Virus record (IMG/VR): IMGVR_UViG_3300009103_000007
Location: 32,001 to 96,000 of that record
Strand: one strand, 5' to 3'
Length of the DNA: 64,000 bases
Origin: a virus
In this document: in pieces, positions 30,901 to 40,799 of the stretch
How the letters are laid out: each line of letters opens with the position of its first letter
Position numbering within the stretch: the stretch's first letter is position 1
The notes under the pieces: model-generated
Database searches by the model: none
Told to the model about the DNA's origin: nothing
What the model saw: the letters and a program-made list of their open reading frames with translations, nothing else
Made by a program: the position numbers and the translations under genes

Positions 30901-33900
30901 ATATGCAGGAATAGATAACGTCTACACTAGCGATAGGGTTAAAATAAGAACTATTGATTCTACTGCTTACGAGGCAGACTCTAGACCAATTACTTATTAT
31001 TTTACATTTGAGAAGAGCATGTATCAGGCGATATCAGAGGAGATGATGAATTTCTTTTCTGGAGTTAAGGGTCTGAACAATTTGTTGGGCGACCCTATCA
31101 ACAAATATAGGGAAAACTACAAACTTCTTGGAAAGCTTAGGCAAAGATTTTTTGAAAAAGTTGAATCGGATATTGAGTTTGAAAGATATATTCAATATTA
31201 CAGATGGATAGATGATTCTTTATCAAATTTCTTAAATCAGCTTACACCATTATCGTCCGAGTTTTCGGACAGAATAAGAGATATTGTAGAGAGTCATGTT
31301 CTGGAGAGAAACAAATACCAACACAAATTTCCAACCTTAGAACCAAAAGATGGAGATTTAGAAGCTCATGTTATGGGTATCAACGAACTATTATATGATT
31401 GGGAATTCGGACATGCACCCCCAGTAGATACCGATAAGGTTATAACACACAGACCGCTCATAAAAGCTGTTTATTTTCCGGGGGGATTCAATGCCAACCC
31501 AGGCGGCGATGATGAATTAATAATTGATAAAATTAGCAAATCACTATCTTTTAATAATGCCCCGATAGCTCGCAACAGCCCAAGTACAATATCTAGTTAT
31601 TCACTAGCGGGCACAGAATTTATAGTAGGCAATAGCCCGTCCGGAGACTGGTCAGGCCAAGCTGGAAAGCTAGCAACTTGGGATGCAGAAAATTCTGAAT
31701 GGGATTTTTCCGTGAACCCATATGGTGAGAATCCTGGATACAACGCGTTCACTATAAGTGCGTGGATAAATATTTCTTCATATCATGGAAACAACGCATC
31801 CGACAAGAGGATAATATTAGAGAAGAGTTACGAATATAAATTAGCAATGGATTACAAGCTTTCCAGCGGCAATAATGTTCCGGACAAGTTGCAATTTTTC
31901 ATATACGACCAGGGCACAAATGGTTACAGCAGCACCAATCGTATGCAGTTGCTATCATCGACTGCAGCTGCCACAATGACTGATCATGAATTTCATCATG
32001 TTGTAGTCGTGGTGGACTCCACATCTGGCGATAAAATAAGGCTATATTTAGATGGCACACAGATTACTTTAGATTCAGATACTACGGTCACCACATCGGG
32101 CGCGGGAGTCACCAACATGCGCGCCGGCTCAGGCAAACTAAAGTTTGGCGAAGATATGGATTATGGTCATGACTATTTGGCAGATACAGTATTTTTCAAC
32201 AAAGCACTCAACTCGGCCGAGATAGAAGAGTTATATAATTCGGGAGATCTAATGGAAGTCTCGGAACACTCTGCTTATGATAATGTAATATCGTGGTGGA
32301 AGATGGGCGAGGGGGACGCCACCGGCGCTGCTGGAGTGAGGGATAGCGTCGGCTCTCATCACGGAACACTCCAAAATGAAGGAACGATAGTCCAATATTC
32401 TTCCGGAGAAAGCCCAAATACAGTCTTGGCGAAATACGGAGATGGGTCATTTAACGGCGGCACAGTAAACTTCTATTATGACTGGGATAAAGAGCAAATA
32501 GTCAGAGAAACCATAAAGGTCGCATCAGAAAAGAAAAGTTGTTTTTGGTGGCAAGAAAGGGCCGAGAGAAATCTTATAAACGTTTTGGGCATGTCTTCCA
32601 GCGTCGATAACACTAGGGAGGTTATAAAACTTAGAGGAAACACTGTGGTCAGCGGATCAACTTACGCAATAAGAAAATTGTCGCGACCATATAAAATTTC
32701 TCTAGATATGCAGAAGTCATATAAGGGTGGTGGAAACCACAAGGCAAATAAAACCAAAGATCTCTACAAAGTTGTGAATTATGATGAGAGCAACGAATTA
32801 ATTATAAGGTCTGAAGATATAGGGGTTTTCAAAGAATGCGGGGACATCAAGGAGCCTGCCGCAAAGAAGTCATATTTCGCGAAAGTTGATCTTGCTGGTG
32901 CAGATGATTATTCAGATACTGATGCATCAATGGTCCTTCCCTTTACATTGATGTCTTCTTCTGTTGGTACAGATTTTAGTAACTTTAAACAAAATCTACA
33001 AATCACCAACAACCATCATGATGGCATGGGTGCTTCGGATGAAATATCTATAAGAAGTTCTTTCGCCGCGGCCCATGTGGGGGGCATGCCTCACCGGCAC
33101 GTAGCATTTAACAATAATTTTCAAGGGCGCCGAGCCATCGCCATTGTTAATTTTACTGGCCAAACAAATCAGGGGGGAGAATCAGTTGACCTCACTCCAC
33201 GCGGCGGCACAAGAGAACGTTATAGGGAGGGGGTAGAGTGGTCGAAAGTAAACGGAAACGCCGCCGCCTCTGCATTAAATTTGTCTAATGCCATCAACGT
33301 ATCTAGTAACTTTGAAGCCCGCATCGATCCGACTGACTCTACCAAGATATTGATAACATCACTTCGCCCGGGTAATTTGGGTAATAAAGACGAAATAGTC
33401 TTCAATAACGGCGGTGGATCTTCAGCCATGTGGACAATACAAAAATTTTCTTCAGGTTTGTTCCAAGATCGCCCAGAGGCATATCATTTAACTGGGGCTG
33501 ATAATGGTAGCTGGCTGAAGCTCAAGAAAGTTGATCTTGTAAATGCTCGCTCGCAGTTTTATAGAGATTTTGCCGCAAACACATTTTACAACGTTAAGAA
33601 TATAAAGTATAATACGTCTTCTGCGTTGATAGGAAACTACGACAAAGACTATCAAATTGTTATGACGACCGGTAGGCGCTCAAATAATGGATATCTTTTG
33701 GACTTGACAGCGTCAGCTTATCCGGCTAACCCTTCGTGGTCTTGGCCAATAAGCGGAGTAATAGACCATGCGATAGTAGAGCGCCCTCGGCAAAGTCACG
33801 TTATAACAAGTCGATTTTCGACAGTGGGTGGTGAATCTGCTAGTCCGCACACTAGGGATATGGAAACAGACGAATATTCAATTTATTCTACTTTAAATTA

Positions 33901-36900
33901 TAAGAATGCAATCATCCGTCGGGCCCTGAATGAGCTTCACAGGGAGCGCTCAAATCAGTTTGGATTCCGTCTTGGCAGCGCAGATTCGGGTTCGCATACA
34001 GTTGGCGTCCCATCTCCATTAAACCATGCTTCGGTTCATATGACTAACAGAAACCCTCGCCACGCGCTGAGGTACGACAAAGTTAAGGATTTTAATACCA
34101 AGGTGATTAAGTTCGACGGAACTAGTGATTACTTTGATATAAGTGCGACTAGACTTATCTTTAAAGATAGTGCAGGCTCTTCATTTTTTGCTTGGATAAA
34201 ACATCCCGAAGTTACTCAGGTTTATTCTCACGCCCTTCTAGCTATCAATGGCCCCACAGGTAACGACAACCCGCTGATATTTGGTTTATCCGGCACAGGG
34301 TTTTCCGCGGCCGAAGAAGGCCACCCAATGTGGTGGGACGATGCGACCGGCACGCCAATTCGCTACCTGCCAGCCCCTAGTTCTTCGAAGGCCAGAATTG
34401 ATGATGACAAATGGCATTTGGTTGGGTTTGTTTATAATTCCGCCGGAAACATGGCTACCATATACGTAGATGGAGTTCAATATGATGAACCGTTTGTAGT
34501 TTCTAGTCTTACCAGCGTGATAGCCGCTAATGACTACGTCTCGATAGGGACAGAATTCGACGCCAGTTCCGCGGGAACCCCCGGCAACTGGGCTAAGGGT
34601 TACGTGTCAAATGTGTCCATTTGGAGTACAGCGTTAAGTAATGACCAAGTAGCTGAATTATATACTGATGGATATGCTGAGAGATCTAATTTTTGGGAAG
34701 GATATAAAACTGGTCCGGCCAACCTACTTCACCATAGTGCCGCAAAACACTTAGCGGCATGGTATCGCTTTGGTGATGGTTATGACGAATCGACACCCGC
34801 AAACAAGGATATGTTGGGCGGAGATAATAATAGTGACGCAGGTAATAGGATCTATGATATGAGTCCTGGCACCAAATATCATGCAACTCCGATGGGGACA
34901 TTCGCCGCTAGTGCGATGCTTGACGCTGAAGGCTTTCCGGGGCGCACTGGCCCCGCTCCAAAGTTTGATAACTTTTTTGTAAACCATCCAATACCTCAGT
35001 CCGAGTTTCAATACGCATGGATAACAGCAAGTATTGACAAGAGTAAAACCGTATACGATTTCGTAGAGAGTAATGCCGGCTTTGGATATCAACACAATTT
35101 TTCGATTACAGATTCTGTTACGGGAGAATACTTGAAATCAAAAGAATCGATACCGTTTATTACAATAAGCGAGGTTGGGAGTCATCACGGCATATATGCC
35201 GCCAGTGATCCCGACACGGAGGTCCCTCTTACTTTTGGACTGTCCTTGGTAGGCAGCGCCGCCGGCATTGTGGCCGACGATGATAGGTACGTAATGACTG
35301 ACTTTGTGGGAATGAACACCATTGTTTATGAACCCGTGAACCCAACGACGAACACGCTTGGTCATAATTCACTTGAAATGGTAAATACTGCTGGCCAGAC
35401 TGTGATTCAGGATATCAATTATATTAATTCTACCATCAATAATACAGATTTGCCTTGGGAAGGGATGTATTCCCCGCCGGTCGTAACCGGTGATGATACT
35501 GTGGTACCGGAAGGCCTCGCGACCACGTTAAATGCAATCATAAACAACCGCCAGGGCCCTTATGGTTGGCCGTCATGGAAGCAGCTTCGAGGCGCCTCAC
35601 ACCCCGTGGCGCGCTCTCACAGAAAAGCAAATATACACTCATTCGTCGTACGCGGAGGCGTTACACCAAATGAGGTAAATATTAACTCACTGCAGCTTTA
35701 CGAGGTAGATGCCTTTTCTAATGAATATAATTCGAAAACAAATATAGTCTATCCAGAAAACTACAATGGCCAACGGAATGAAGAATTCAATGTAGTCAAG
35801 ATGACAAATGCTCGCTCTAACGCAAATTATATTGATATACCTGTTACGGTTAGATTTAATCCGGTGTGTTTTTCTGAACACGCAAATCGAATGCCGGGTA
35901 CCCTCGGCGGCCCCCACAGACTTAGTTTTTGGGAAGCCAAATCTCGACTAGAGAAGGCTAGCCAAAATCAAGAGCAATCGATTTGGGATCTTGATGAATA
36001 TATTTATGACTTGTGGGCTTCTAGTGCTGGCACTGGCCTTTCCGGCCAATCACCGGAAGGGGACCCTTTATTGTTAGAACGCTCCGACGCTCAGTTTTCC
36101 TCGCGCGCATGGGACATAACAGCTACGAAGGTTTCTTATCAAAATGATGTAACTACCTATGCTAACAAGAAAATAACTGAAAAATTGGAGATTGATGAAT
36201 ATAGGCAAGGGGCTGCCTTAAATCTTATTGGCCAAGTTGGGCGCTTTAGTGAAGCTGCCTCGTCGGAGATAAATTATATTGAAACTATTTATCCCAGAGA
36301 AGAGAACACTTTTACAAAAAATGCAAGAACAAGAGAGAAGTTTAAATTCACTTGGGTTTCTGGCAGCTCTAATAGAACTAAAATATTTGAAAATTCCAAT
36401 AATTATGGTTCATATATAGCTATCTCGTCATCGTCACCATATTATTATTTATTTCCAGAGATTTCTTCAAAAGGGAATATTGGGTATAGGGATCACAACG
36501 GCCTTAACATTGAAGCGGTAGACATGGTGGGTGATGAGACAGCAACAGGATTTGGAACACTTCATAGGATAACTTCGTCAGTGTGGCTTCTTGATTCGCG
36601 AAAAGACTTCTCTAAACCACCATTAAATTTGACGGCCTCTTATTTCAGAGGGAGGCATGGTCTAAGAACCGAGTCAGATAGAAATGACTTTTTAGCAAAC
36701 AGAGATCAAGGCAAAAGAGGGGAAGGTACACTACAAAATGATTACAACATTTTCGGATTGGGATATAATGCGCTCCATGGCTATACCCCGCCGGCGCCTT
36801 TATATAACAGAAGGATACCACAGTTTGTGCAAATTTCTAATGCACAGTGCACAATTACAGCAGCTAACAGTTGGGGCTCCGGCTGGCCAGACACCTACCA

Positions 36901-39900
36901 CGAACGCACAGTAACAATCAAGGATGCTGATGGCAATTCAGTTATTTTCAAGGTAAATAAGAACACAGCTTATACCACCACGGGGGGTGCTCTTGGGGTA
37001 GGCAATGGGACAGTGTCAATACCCCTTCAAGGTGCCGTCGACACTGGTAAAGCAATTACTGGCATAAGGAATGCACTCTTGTTCGCCGCGTCTTCGGACA
37101 TCGCACAGTATACTCTGAATATTACGGTGTCAGATATAGAGGAATCTAAGAGAATTATTTTGACACAAACAACCCCCGGCACGATAGGCAACACTACACT
37201 TACTTTTTCTCACGGCGGAAGCAACCCCCTGAGTAGTGCATATACTTTTGCTGACTCTTCGTTCACAAAAGGCGCCGACGCTGAATACCTCTCTGGCGAA
37301 GCAAAGTGGGAAACGGGCCAGCAAGCGGACAGGTACCCATCTAAGGATAGCTATTATCTGCAAACCAATGCAGTAAAAGCTATCGCGCAAGACCATTCTC
37401 TAATACCTGAATTCAGAATAAGTGATTTTGTAGAAGATGTGGTAACTAACGAGAATGGTGATTTCTTGAGCATAAGTGACAAATTTTTATCCCTAACTGG
37501 CGCCCTATATGCAAACTCAGAAGGTGAAATAGAATCAGACACAAAGTTCTTTAAAACATATTCAACTAGCGAATTTATGAAGTATTTTGATATTGTTTCT
37601 GAAAACTGCATAGAGCATGATTTTTTGCCTCGTCGCTTTACTCTAAAATGTAATGCTGCCTTGCAATTCGTTCCCTATTACGGCTTCTATCCAGCAGAAA
37701 GGACTCAACAATTGGCAGAACTTTTTGGAAGGGGATACATGCCGGACGACTCTTGGTCAGTGAACTTTACACCGGGAACAGGAATAGCAAACAAAAGCCA
37801 TTATTTGAAAAAGAAAATTTCAGGCTCTCTAGCTCGTGCTGTAAAGCCATTATTTTCGCCGGGCGTGCTGTACAATTCAATTAAATCTGGTATAGCAGTT
37901 GATTATCCAATCTTTAAAACAGATATCAGCCAAGGTTTGGGTAGCGCTACAAAGGGGGTAAAGTATCTAACTTCAACCTCTGGGCCGTTAAAAAAGTGGC
38001 ATCACCTATCCGCTTCGGCCGGCCAGTCCGGAATCACAGGATCCTTGATTAACGGCACACACATGGCGGGATATCGTAACTTTACAGGATCAATAGCTAC
38101 TATGCGCGCCGGGATTCCTCGTCTTTCTGGCTCTGTTGAGAGCCCTTCTGTTGGCGGCGTTAGCTATAGGGTTAAGTTTGAGGATTTGCTAAATCCTGAG
38201 AACCTGTTTGAAAAATCAATGTATAATAGCGAACCTCATCCAAGTGCTAGTGCTTATTTTGGAGGCAGGGAATGGTCGAAAATAAATGACTATCCATATA
38301 AGTTCGGCACAATAAACAAGAATGACGACCACTTCGGCCGCCTAGGCATCGCAACGTTCAGCAGATCTAAGGGTCTCGCCACTTCATTGGCGCCATATAA
38401 AATGGCAATGAACAATTTCGCAGCAGAAACAGTAAATTTCTTCTTAAAAGACAGCAAAGTGGCTACCTTGACATCCAAGGAAGTAAATTTTCAGCTGGAT
38501 GCGGATGTTATATATAAGACAAGGATATACCTGAAGAATGTAGATTTAATGATGTACGATAGGCATTCTGCATTTGGTCCCCCAGTTGATGAGGGGGAGG
38601 GGTTAGAGGTAACTATAACAACTGCTGCCGGCGGCAAGCGCGCCTATGGAGGCAACATGAGATCTCATGTTGTGGATGGTGGCACTCTAGCGTGGCAAAC
38701 TGATGCTGTTATGACAACACTCCCTGCTATTAAAATAAATTTCTTAAATGAAGACGGTACGGAAACTGAAAAAAAGATTCAGTTTTACAACGCTGCTTCA
38801 ACTCCGGATACACTTGAAACTGCTGATATTTATAGCATTAAGTTGTGTGATGAAAACAAGAATGTTATATCTGATGAGAGTTTGGCTACCAAAATTATTT
38901 TGGGATTAGGTCACCTTGGGTTTGTTGATATGTCTTCCATGGGCGCCCACATTTTTAATACATCGCAAGCGAATCCTGGAGCAGGCGCCAATAGTGGAAC
39001 TTTTAGCGTTACGAAGGTGAATGGTTCCGACGGTACGAACACTTTTTATATTTTATCAGCCGATGCGATCGCTGCAGGGGCTAATGCTCACCTATTTCAG
39101 TATTTAGATGATTTGACGGGCGGCACGAACGTAACTCTTGTACAGAGAGAGACGGAAACTAGAAATCATATGCATGGTTATGCTCCGTTTACTCCTCCTT
39201 TCTTAGACAAAAACTCTGAGCCATATATGGAAATTTCCTATCGGCCGCAAAGTACAGACGCAGAAGATCCTAGAATTGTGAATGTAACGTTAGATAAGAT
39301 TCACAGAGGCATGACCGTTGAGTATAAGAATTTCCATCCAGATAACGAGCCAAACAACAAGTTGAATAATACTAACTTTCGAGAATCGATGAATTTGGGA
39401 GCGAGTCTTGATTTTAAAGAATTTGTCCGCTATTACGATAGTGGGAACCACAACGAGGAGATTTTAGCCAAACGTCGATGGGTGATACAAACAAAATGGG
39501 AAACACCCGTTTTGGATTTCAAGAATGCGGAAAAGACAGCTTTAAGGCTCGACACGATGACAACTGAAAAAATTTCCACTTCACCGTGGAAAGTAAGAAA
39601 CTGGGATTCATACTATACGATTGAACACTCTTCTGATATTCCGTATTTAACGGGGTCGACCGGCATGTGGCACCAAAATGGCGTACGCACCTCCACTTCG
39701 GGAAATGGGTATTATATGCAAGTATCTGATATTCCTGGCCTTGATCAGGATCACCAACTGGGGAGACATCTTGGCTGGACCAACGGCGCCGGAAGAACAA
39801 CCGAGTCGGGTATCACACCAGTCGGCCGAATATCTCAAAAGAAGGAAATAAGTGAAGCAGTTGTAGCTATACCTTATACTGTTGATTCGGAAACCTGTGA

Positions 39901-40795
39901 GGTTAAGTTTTTTAATTTAGAATTATCATCTCGAATGCGCGCAGCCACACTTAATGCGGAGATGCACGAAAGATTATTGAGAGCATCATCCAGAGGCGGA
40001 GTCAATGTATTTGAAGCCACATATAAGGAATGGTACGATAATCCAGGCCAAAGCGCTGAAGAATATATTTCATATCAGATGAGGATGATGAGTAAGTATG
40101 TAATTCCGCCTAGGTTCGATTTCATGGAATATAAGGATATAACAAAACTCACCGCAGTTTGTCCCATGATGTATATATTCCAATTCCGAGCCCTTTTAGA
40201 CGAAAAGGATTTAGCTAATATATGGCAGAATATCATGCCATCTAGCAGAACTTCAGCTGCGAATGGTAGGTACTCCAACATAAAAGAATCAGAAGATTTG
40301 AATATGGCGCCCGACGTTAAATATGTATCACACTTTATTACAAATCATGGCAATTTTCGACCGGATCAAGAAGTGAACGATGCGAATCCTAGATTTTCAC
40401 CTGTCAGCGACATTGATCAAGATAGGTTTCTTAACGGCAAGGTGAGATGGTTGGTGTTTAAGGCAAAAATGAGAGCAGAGACAGATTTGGCGAAAATAAA
40501 ACAAAAGTCAATAGACAAATCCTTTTTAGTGGAAGAGTCGTCGCTAGAGACATCTTCTAACAGAAACTACTCTAGGAGTGCCACGCATTCGCCAGGGGAT
40601 CCTATTGATTATGTGCCAGATATATTTTCTGAAGCAGATGGGGTTATCCGCCACAACCCGGACGAAGATTCAAACCTTCCAGCTGCGTCAGACTTGCAGC
40701 GCATTTATAGATATGGTTATAACTGGCCTTATGATTTCTTTTCTTTGGTAGAACTAGTTAAGGTAGAGGCCAAGATGGATTTTGTAAAGAGGTGA
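27962..40795 (+). CDS. Giant (4277 aa) tail/baseplate protein with multiple LamG (concanavalin A-like) domains
   Basis: TVEFWL..WHHYAIT..LYVDG..GSLDEFRYW; FTISAWI..FHHVVVV..LYLDG..FFNKALNSAEIEELY..WWKMGEG; FDGTSDY..FAWIK..KWHLVGFVY..IYVDG..NVSIWSTALS..WYRFGDG. LYKTKGTEQSFRNLIRCFG resembles baseplate/tail protein I-like motifs. Confidence 0.8.
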   Translation: MTNYRDKYRNRPSRKLTEFDSTERKNIFFNKRGENILANKDIDDITPLDAESERFIRAFIKKKTRYVPEMDHNDPSTFAFYGSAEKYYEDSISRIYDTYPYDGSKAERLEWFLSSSYLDIYMFEHEYPKSTGYVKLSPEGWGLKEASDSKYGKPANLQYIYFNGGPHKNNIYNAAKNRESNLKIDGAKGNTVEFWLKKKAYVSSTLTTREVLFDVHASRITASTDNDYARFRVELDQSVTSGSPFRVTYLSGAVGFDSELIGKNITKASVADDSWHHYAITVKHSGSSGLCAKLYVDGALEDVKKQEITSFGSVDRHLVGTVGALVAEDGTAGGLGWGKLSGSLDEFRYWKEERSSKQIGRYWYSPVAGGTDKDHSNASLGLYYKFNEGLTSPIRDRTILDYSGRISNGKFVGYTSSCRSTSSAITEASVISESGFVEKGDPIVNKENTQVIALQENYSKKGSSHDRSNLSSMQNTIPAYITESGGPLFQELLQVVSSAFDDIYIKIKLLPKIKDYTYHDFFNKKGTSKVLRDNNFLLGCESSEDFEFVGSHIKPWISYILEHFGLVSRNVFANVEVFEHFSNRAEKVTYEQQLHEVKNVILSNIHRNLPLLYKTKGTEQSFRNLIRCFGVDDELVRLNVYANNEEYKISNNATYSILKPKSVDFTDKDYLGTIYPIAAASDERSYITASSGQIPITVEGNFIFQEGKDETQSFEKTSLFGMYSVEGKQTSSDLSWASPSSGSFQVYASKYKKHGNRAQFVLESASDLFETVTSSYFPDVYDGSHWNISVRMGKYSDLKYDVAASSSVGTHAVEFAGYNYDLDVLKHSFYVTKSIAATDYEAFCKSNMAPYLGAQRTNFSGSSITPADSRALSFNVWHDKLSELELKEHAKNPLSYGRQDPQFVSNFDVGKNLSGQDSLVLRWQFSDITASSGNGELSVVDYTSGSLYRSTSAGYKYPGKGFGFASTTGSIRQEFLPVTKYAGIDNVYTSDRVKIRTIDSTAYEADSRPITYYFTFEKSMYQAISEEMMNFFSGVKGLNNLLGDPINKYRENYKLLGKLRQRFFEKVESDIEFERYIQYYRWIDDSLSNFLNQLTPLSSEFSDRIRDIVESHVLERNKYQHKFPTLEPKDGDLEAHVMGINELLYDWEFGHAPPVDTDKVITHRPLIKAVYFPGGFNANPGGDDELIIDKISKSLSFNNAPIARNSPSTISSYSLAGTEFIVGNSPSGDWSGQAGKLATWDAENSEWDFSVNPYGENPGYNAFTISAWINISSYHGNNASDKRIILEKSYEYKLAMDYKLSSGNNVPDKLQFFIYDQGTNGYSSTNRMQLLSSTAAATMTDHEFHHVVVVVDSTSGDKIRLYLDGTQITLDSDTTVTTSGAGVTNMRAGSGKLKFGEDMDYGHDYLADTVFFNKALNSAEIEELYNSGDLMEVSEHSAYDNVISWWKMGEGDATGAAGVRDSVGSHHGTLQNEGTIVQYSSGESPNTVLAKYGDGSFNGGTVNFYYDWDKEQIVRETIKVASEKKSCFWWQERAERNLINVLGMSSSVDNTREVIKLRGNTVVSGSTYAIRKLSRPYKISLDMQKSYKGGGNHKANKTKDLYKVVNYDESNELIIRSEDIGVFKECGDIKEPAAKKSYFAKVDLAGADDYSDTDASMVLPFTLMSSSVGTDFSNFKQNLQITNNHHDGMGASDEISIRSSFAAAHVGGMPHRHVAFNNNFQGRRAIAIVNFTGQTNQGGESVDLTPRGGTRERYREGVEWSKVNGNAAASALNLSNAINVSSNFEARIDPTDSTKILITSLRPGNLGNKDEIVFNNGGGSSAMWTIQKFSSGLFQDRPEAYHLTGADNGSWLKLKKVDLVNARSQFYRDFAANTFYNVKNIKYNTSSALIGNYDKDYQIVMTTGRRSNNGYLLDLTASAYPANPSWSWPISGVIDHAIVERPRQSHVITSRFSTVGGESASPHTRDMETDEYSIYSTLNYKNAIIRRALNELHRERSNQFGFRLGSADSGSHTVGVPSPLNHASVHMTNRNPRHALRYDKVKDFNTKVIKFDGTSDYFDISATRLIFKDSAGSSFFAWIKHPEVTQVYSHALLAINGPTGNDNPLIFGLSGTGFSAAEEGHPMWWDDATGTPIRYLPAPSSSKARIDDDKWHLVGFVYNSAGNMATIYVDGVQYDEPFVVSSLTSVIAANDYVSIGTEFDASSAGTPGNWAKGYVSNVSIWSTALSNDQVAELYTDGYAERSNFWEGYKTGPANLLHHSAAKHLAAWYRFGDGYDESTPANKDMLGGDNNSDAGNRIYDMSPGTKYHATPMGTFAASAMLDAEGFPGRTGPAPKFDNFFVNHPIPQSEFQYAWITASIDKSKTVYDFVESNAGFGYQHNFSITDSVTGEYLKSKESIPFITISEVGSHHGIYAASDPDTEVPLTFGLSLVGSAAGIVADDDRYVMTDFVGMNTIVYEPVNPTTNTLGHNSLEMVNTAGQTVIQDINYINSTINNTDLPWEGMYSPPVVTGDDTVVPEGLATTLNAIINNRQGPYGWPSWKQLRGASHPVARSHRKANIHSFVVRGGVTPNEVNINSLQLYEVDAFSNEYNSKTNIVYPENYNGQRNEEFNVVKMTNARSNANYIDIPVTVRFNPVCFSEHANRMPGTLGGPHRLSFWEAKSRLEKASQNQEQSIWDLDEYIYDLWASSAGTGLSGQSPEGDPLLLERSDAQFSSRAWDITATKVSYQNDVTTYANKKITEKLEIDEYRQGAALNLIGQVGRFSEAASSEINYIETIYPREENTFTKNARTREKFKFTWVSGSSNRTKIFENSNNYGSYIAISSSSPYYYLFPEISSKGNIGYRDHNGLNIEAVDMVGDETATGFGTLHRITSSVWLLDSRKDFSKPPLNLTASYFRGRHGLRTESDRNDFLANRDQGKRGEGTLQNDYNIFGLGYNALHGYTPPAPLYNRRIPQFVQISNAQCTITAANSWGSGWPDTYHERTVTIKDADGNSVIFKVNKNTAYTTTGGALGVGNGTVSIPLQGAVDTGKAITGIRNALLFAASSDIAQYTLNITVSDIEESKRIILTQTTPGTIGNTTLTFSHGGSNPLSSAYTFADSSFTKGADAEYLSGEAKWETGQQADRYPSKDSYYLQTNAVKAIAQDHSLIPEFRISDFVEDVVTNENGDFLSISDKFLSLTGALYANSEGEIESDTKFFKTYSTSEFMKYFDIVSENCIEHDFLPRRFTLKCNAALQFVPYYGFYPAERTQQLAELFGRGYMPDDSWSVNFTPGTGIANKSHYLKKKISGSLARAVKPLFSPGVLYNSIKSGIAVDYPIFKTDISQGLGSATKGVKYLTSTSGPLKKWHHLSASAGQSGITGSLINGTHMAGYRNFTGSIATMRAGIPRLSGSVESPSVGGVSYRVKFEDLLNPENLFEKSMYNSEPHPSASAYFGGREWSKINDYPYKFGTINKNDDHFGRLGIATFSRSKGLATSLAPYKMAMNNFAAETVNFFLKDSKVATLTSKEVNFQLDADVIYKTRIYLKNVDLMMYDRHSAFGPPVDEGEGLEVTITTAAGGKRAYGGNMRSHVVDGGTLAWQTDAVMTTLPAIKINFLNEDGTETEKKIQFYNAASTPDTLETADIYSIKLCDENKNVISDESLATKIILGLGHLGFVDMSSMGAHIFNTSQANPGAGANSGTFSVTKVNGSDGTNTFYILSADAIAAGANAHLFQYLDDLTGGTNVTLVQRETETRNHMHGYAPFTPPFLDKNSEPYMEISYRPQSTDAEDPRIVNVTLDKIHRGMTVEYKNFHPDNEPNNKLNNTNFRESMNLGASLDFKEFVRYYDSGNHNEEILAKRRWVIQTKWETPVLDFKNAEKTALRLDTMTTEKISTSPWKVRNWDSYYTIEHSSDIPYLTGSTGMWHQNGVRTSTSGNGYYMQVSDIPGLDQDHQLGRHLGWTNGAGRTTESGITPVGRISQKKEISEAVVAIPYTVDSETCEVKFFNLELSSRMRAATLNAEMHERLLRASSRGGVNVFEATYKEWYDNPGQSAEEYISYQMRMMSKYVIPPRFDFMEYKDITKLTAVCPMMYIFQFRALLDEKDLANIWQNIMPSSRTSAANGRYSNIKESEDLNMAPDVKYVSHFITNHGNFRPDQEVNDANPRFSPVSDIDQDRFLNGKVRWLVFKAKMRAETDLAKIKQKSIDKSFLVEESSLETSSNRNYSRSATHSPGDPIDYVPDIFSEADGVIRHNPDEDSNLPAASDLQRIYRYGYNWPYDFFSLVELVKVEAKMDFVKR

Positions 40796-40799
40796 AAAA

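Noticed and set aside
10074-40795. Inteins or introns inflating the two giant ORFs (also considered for terminase, primase and portal)
   Set aside because: No intein N-terminal/C-terminal (HN-C/S/T) block pairs or LAGLIDADG motifs recognised; terminase and primase are of normal length. An HMM scan would settle it.
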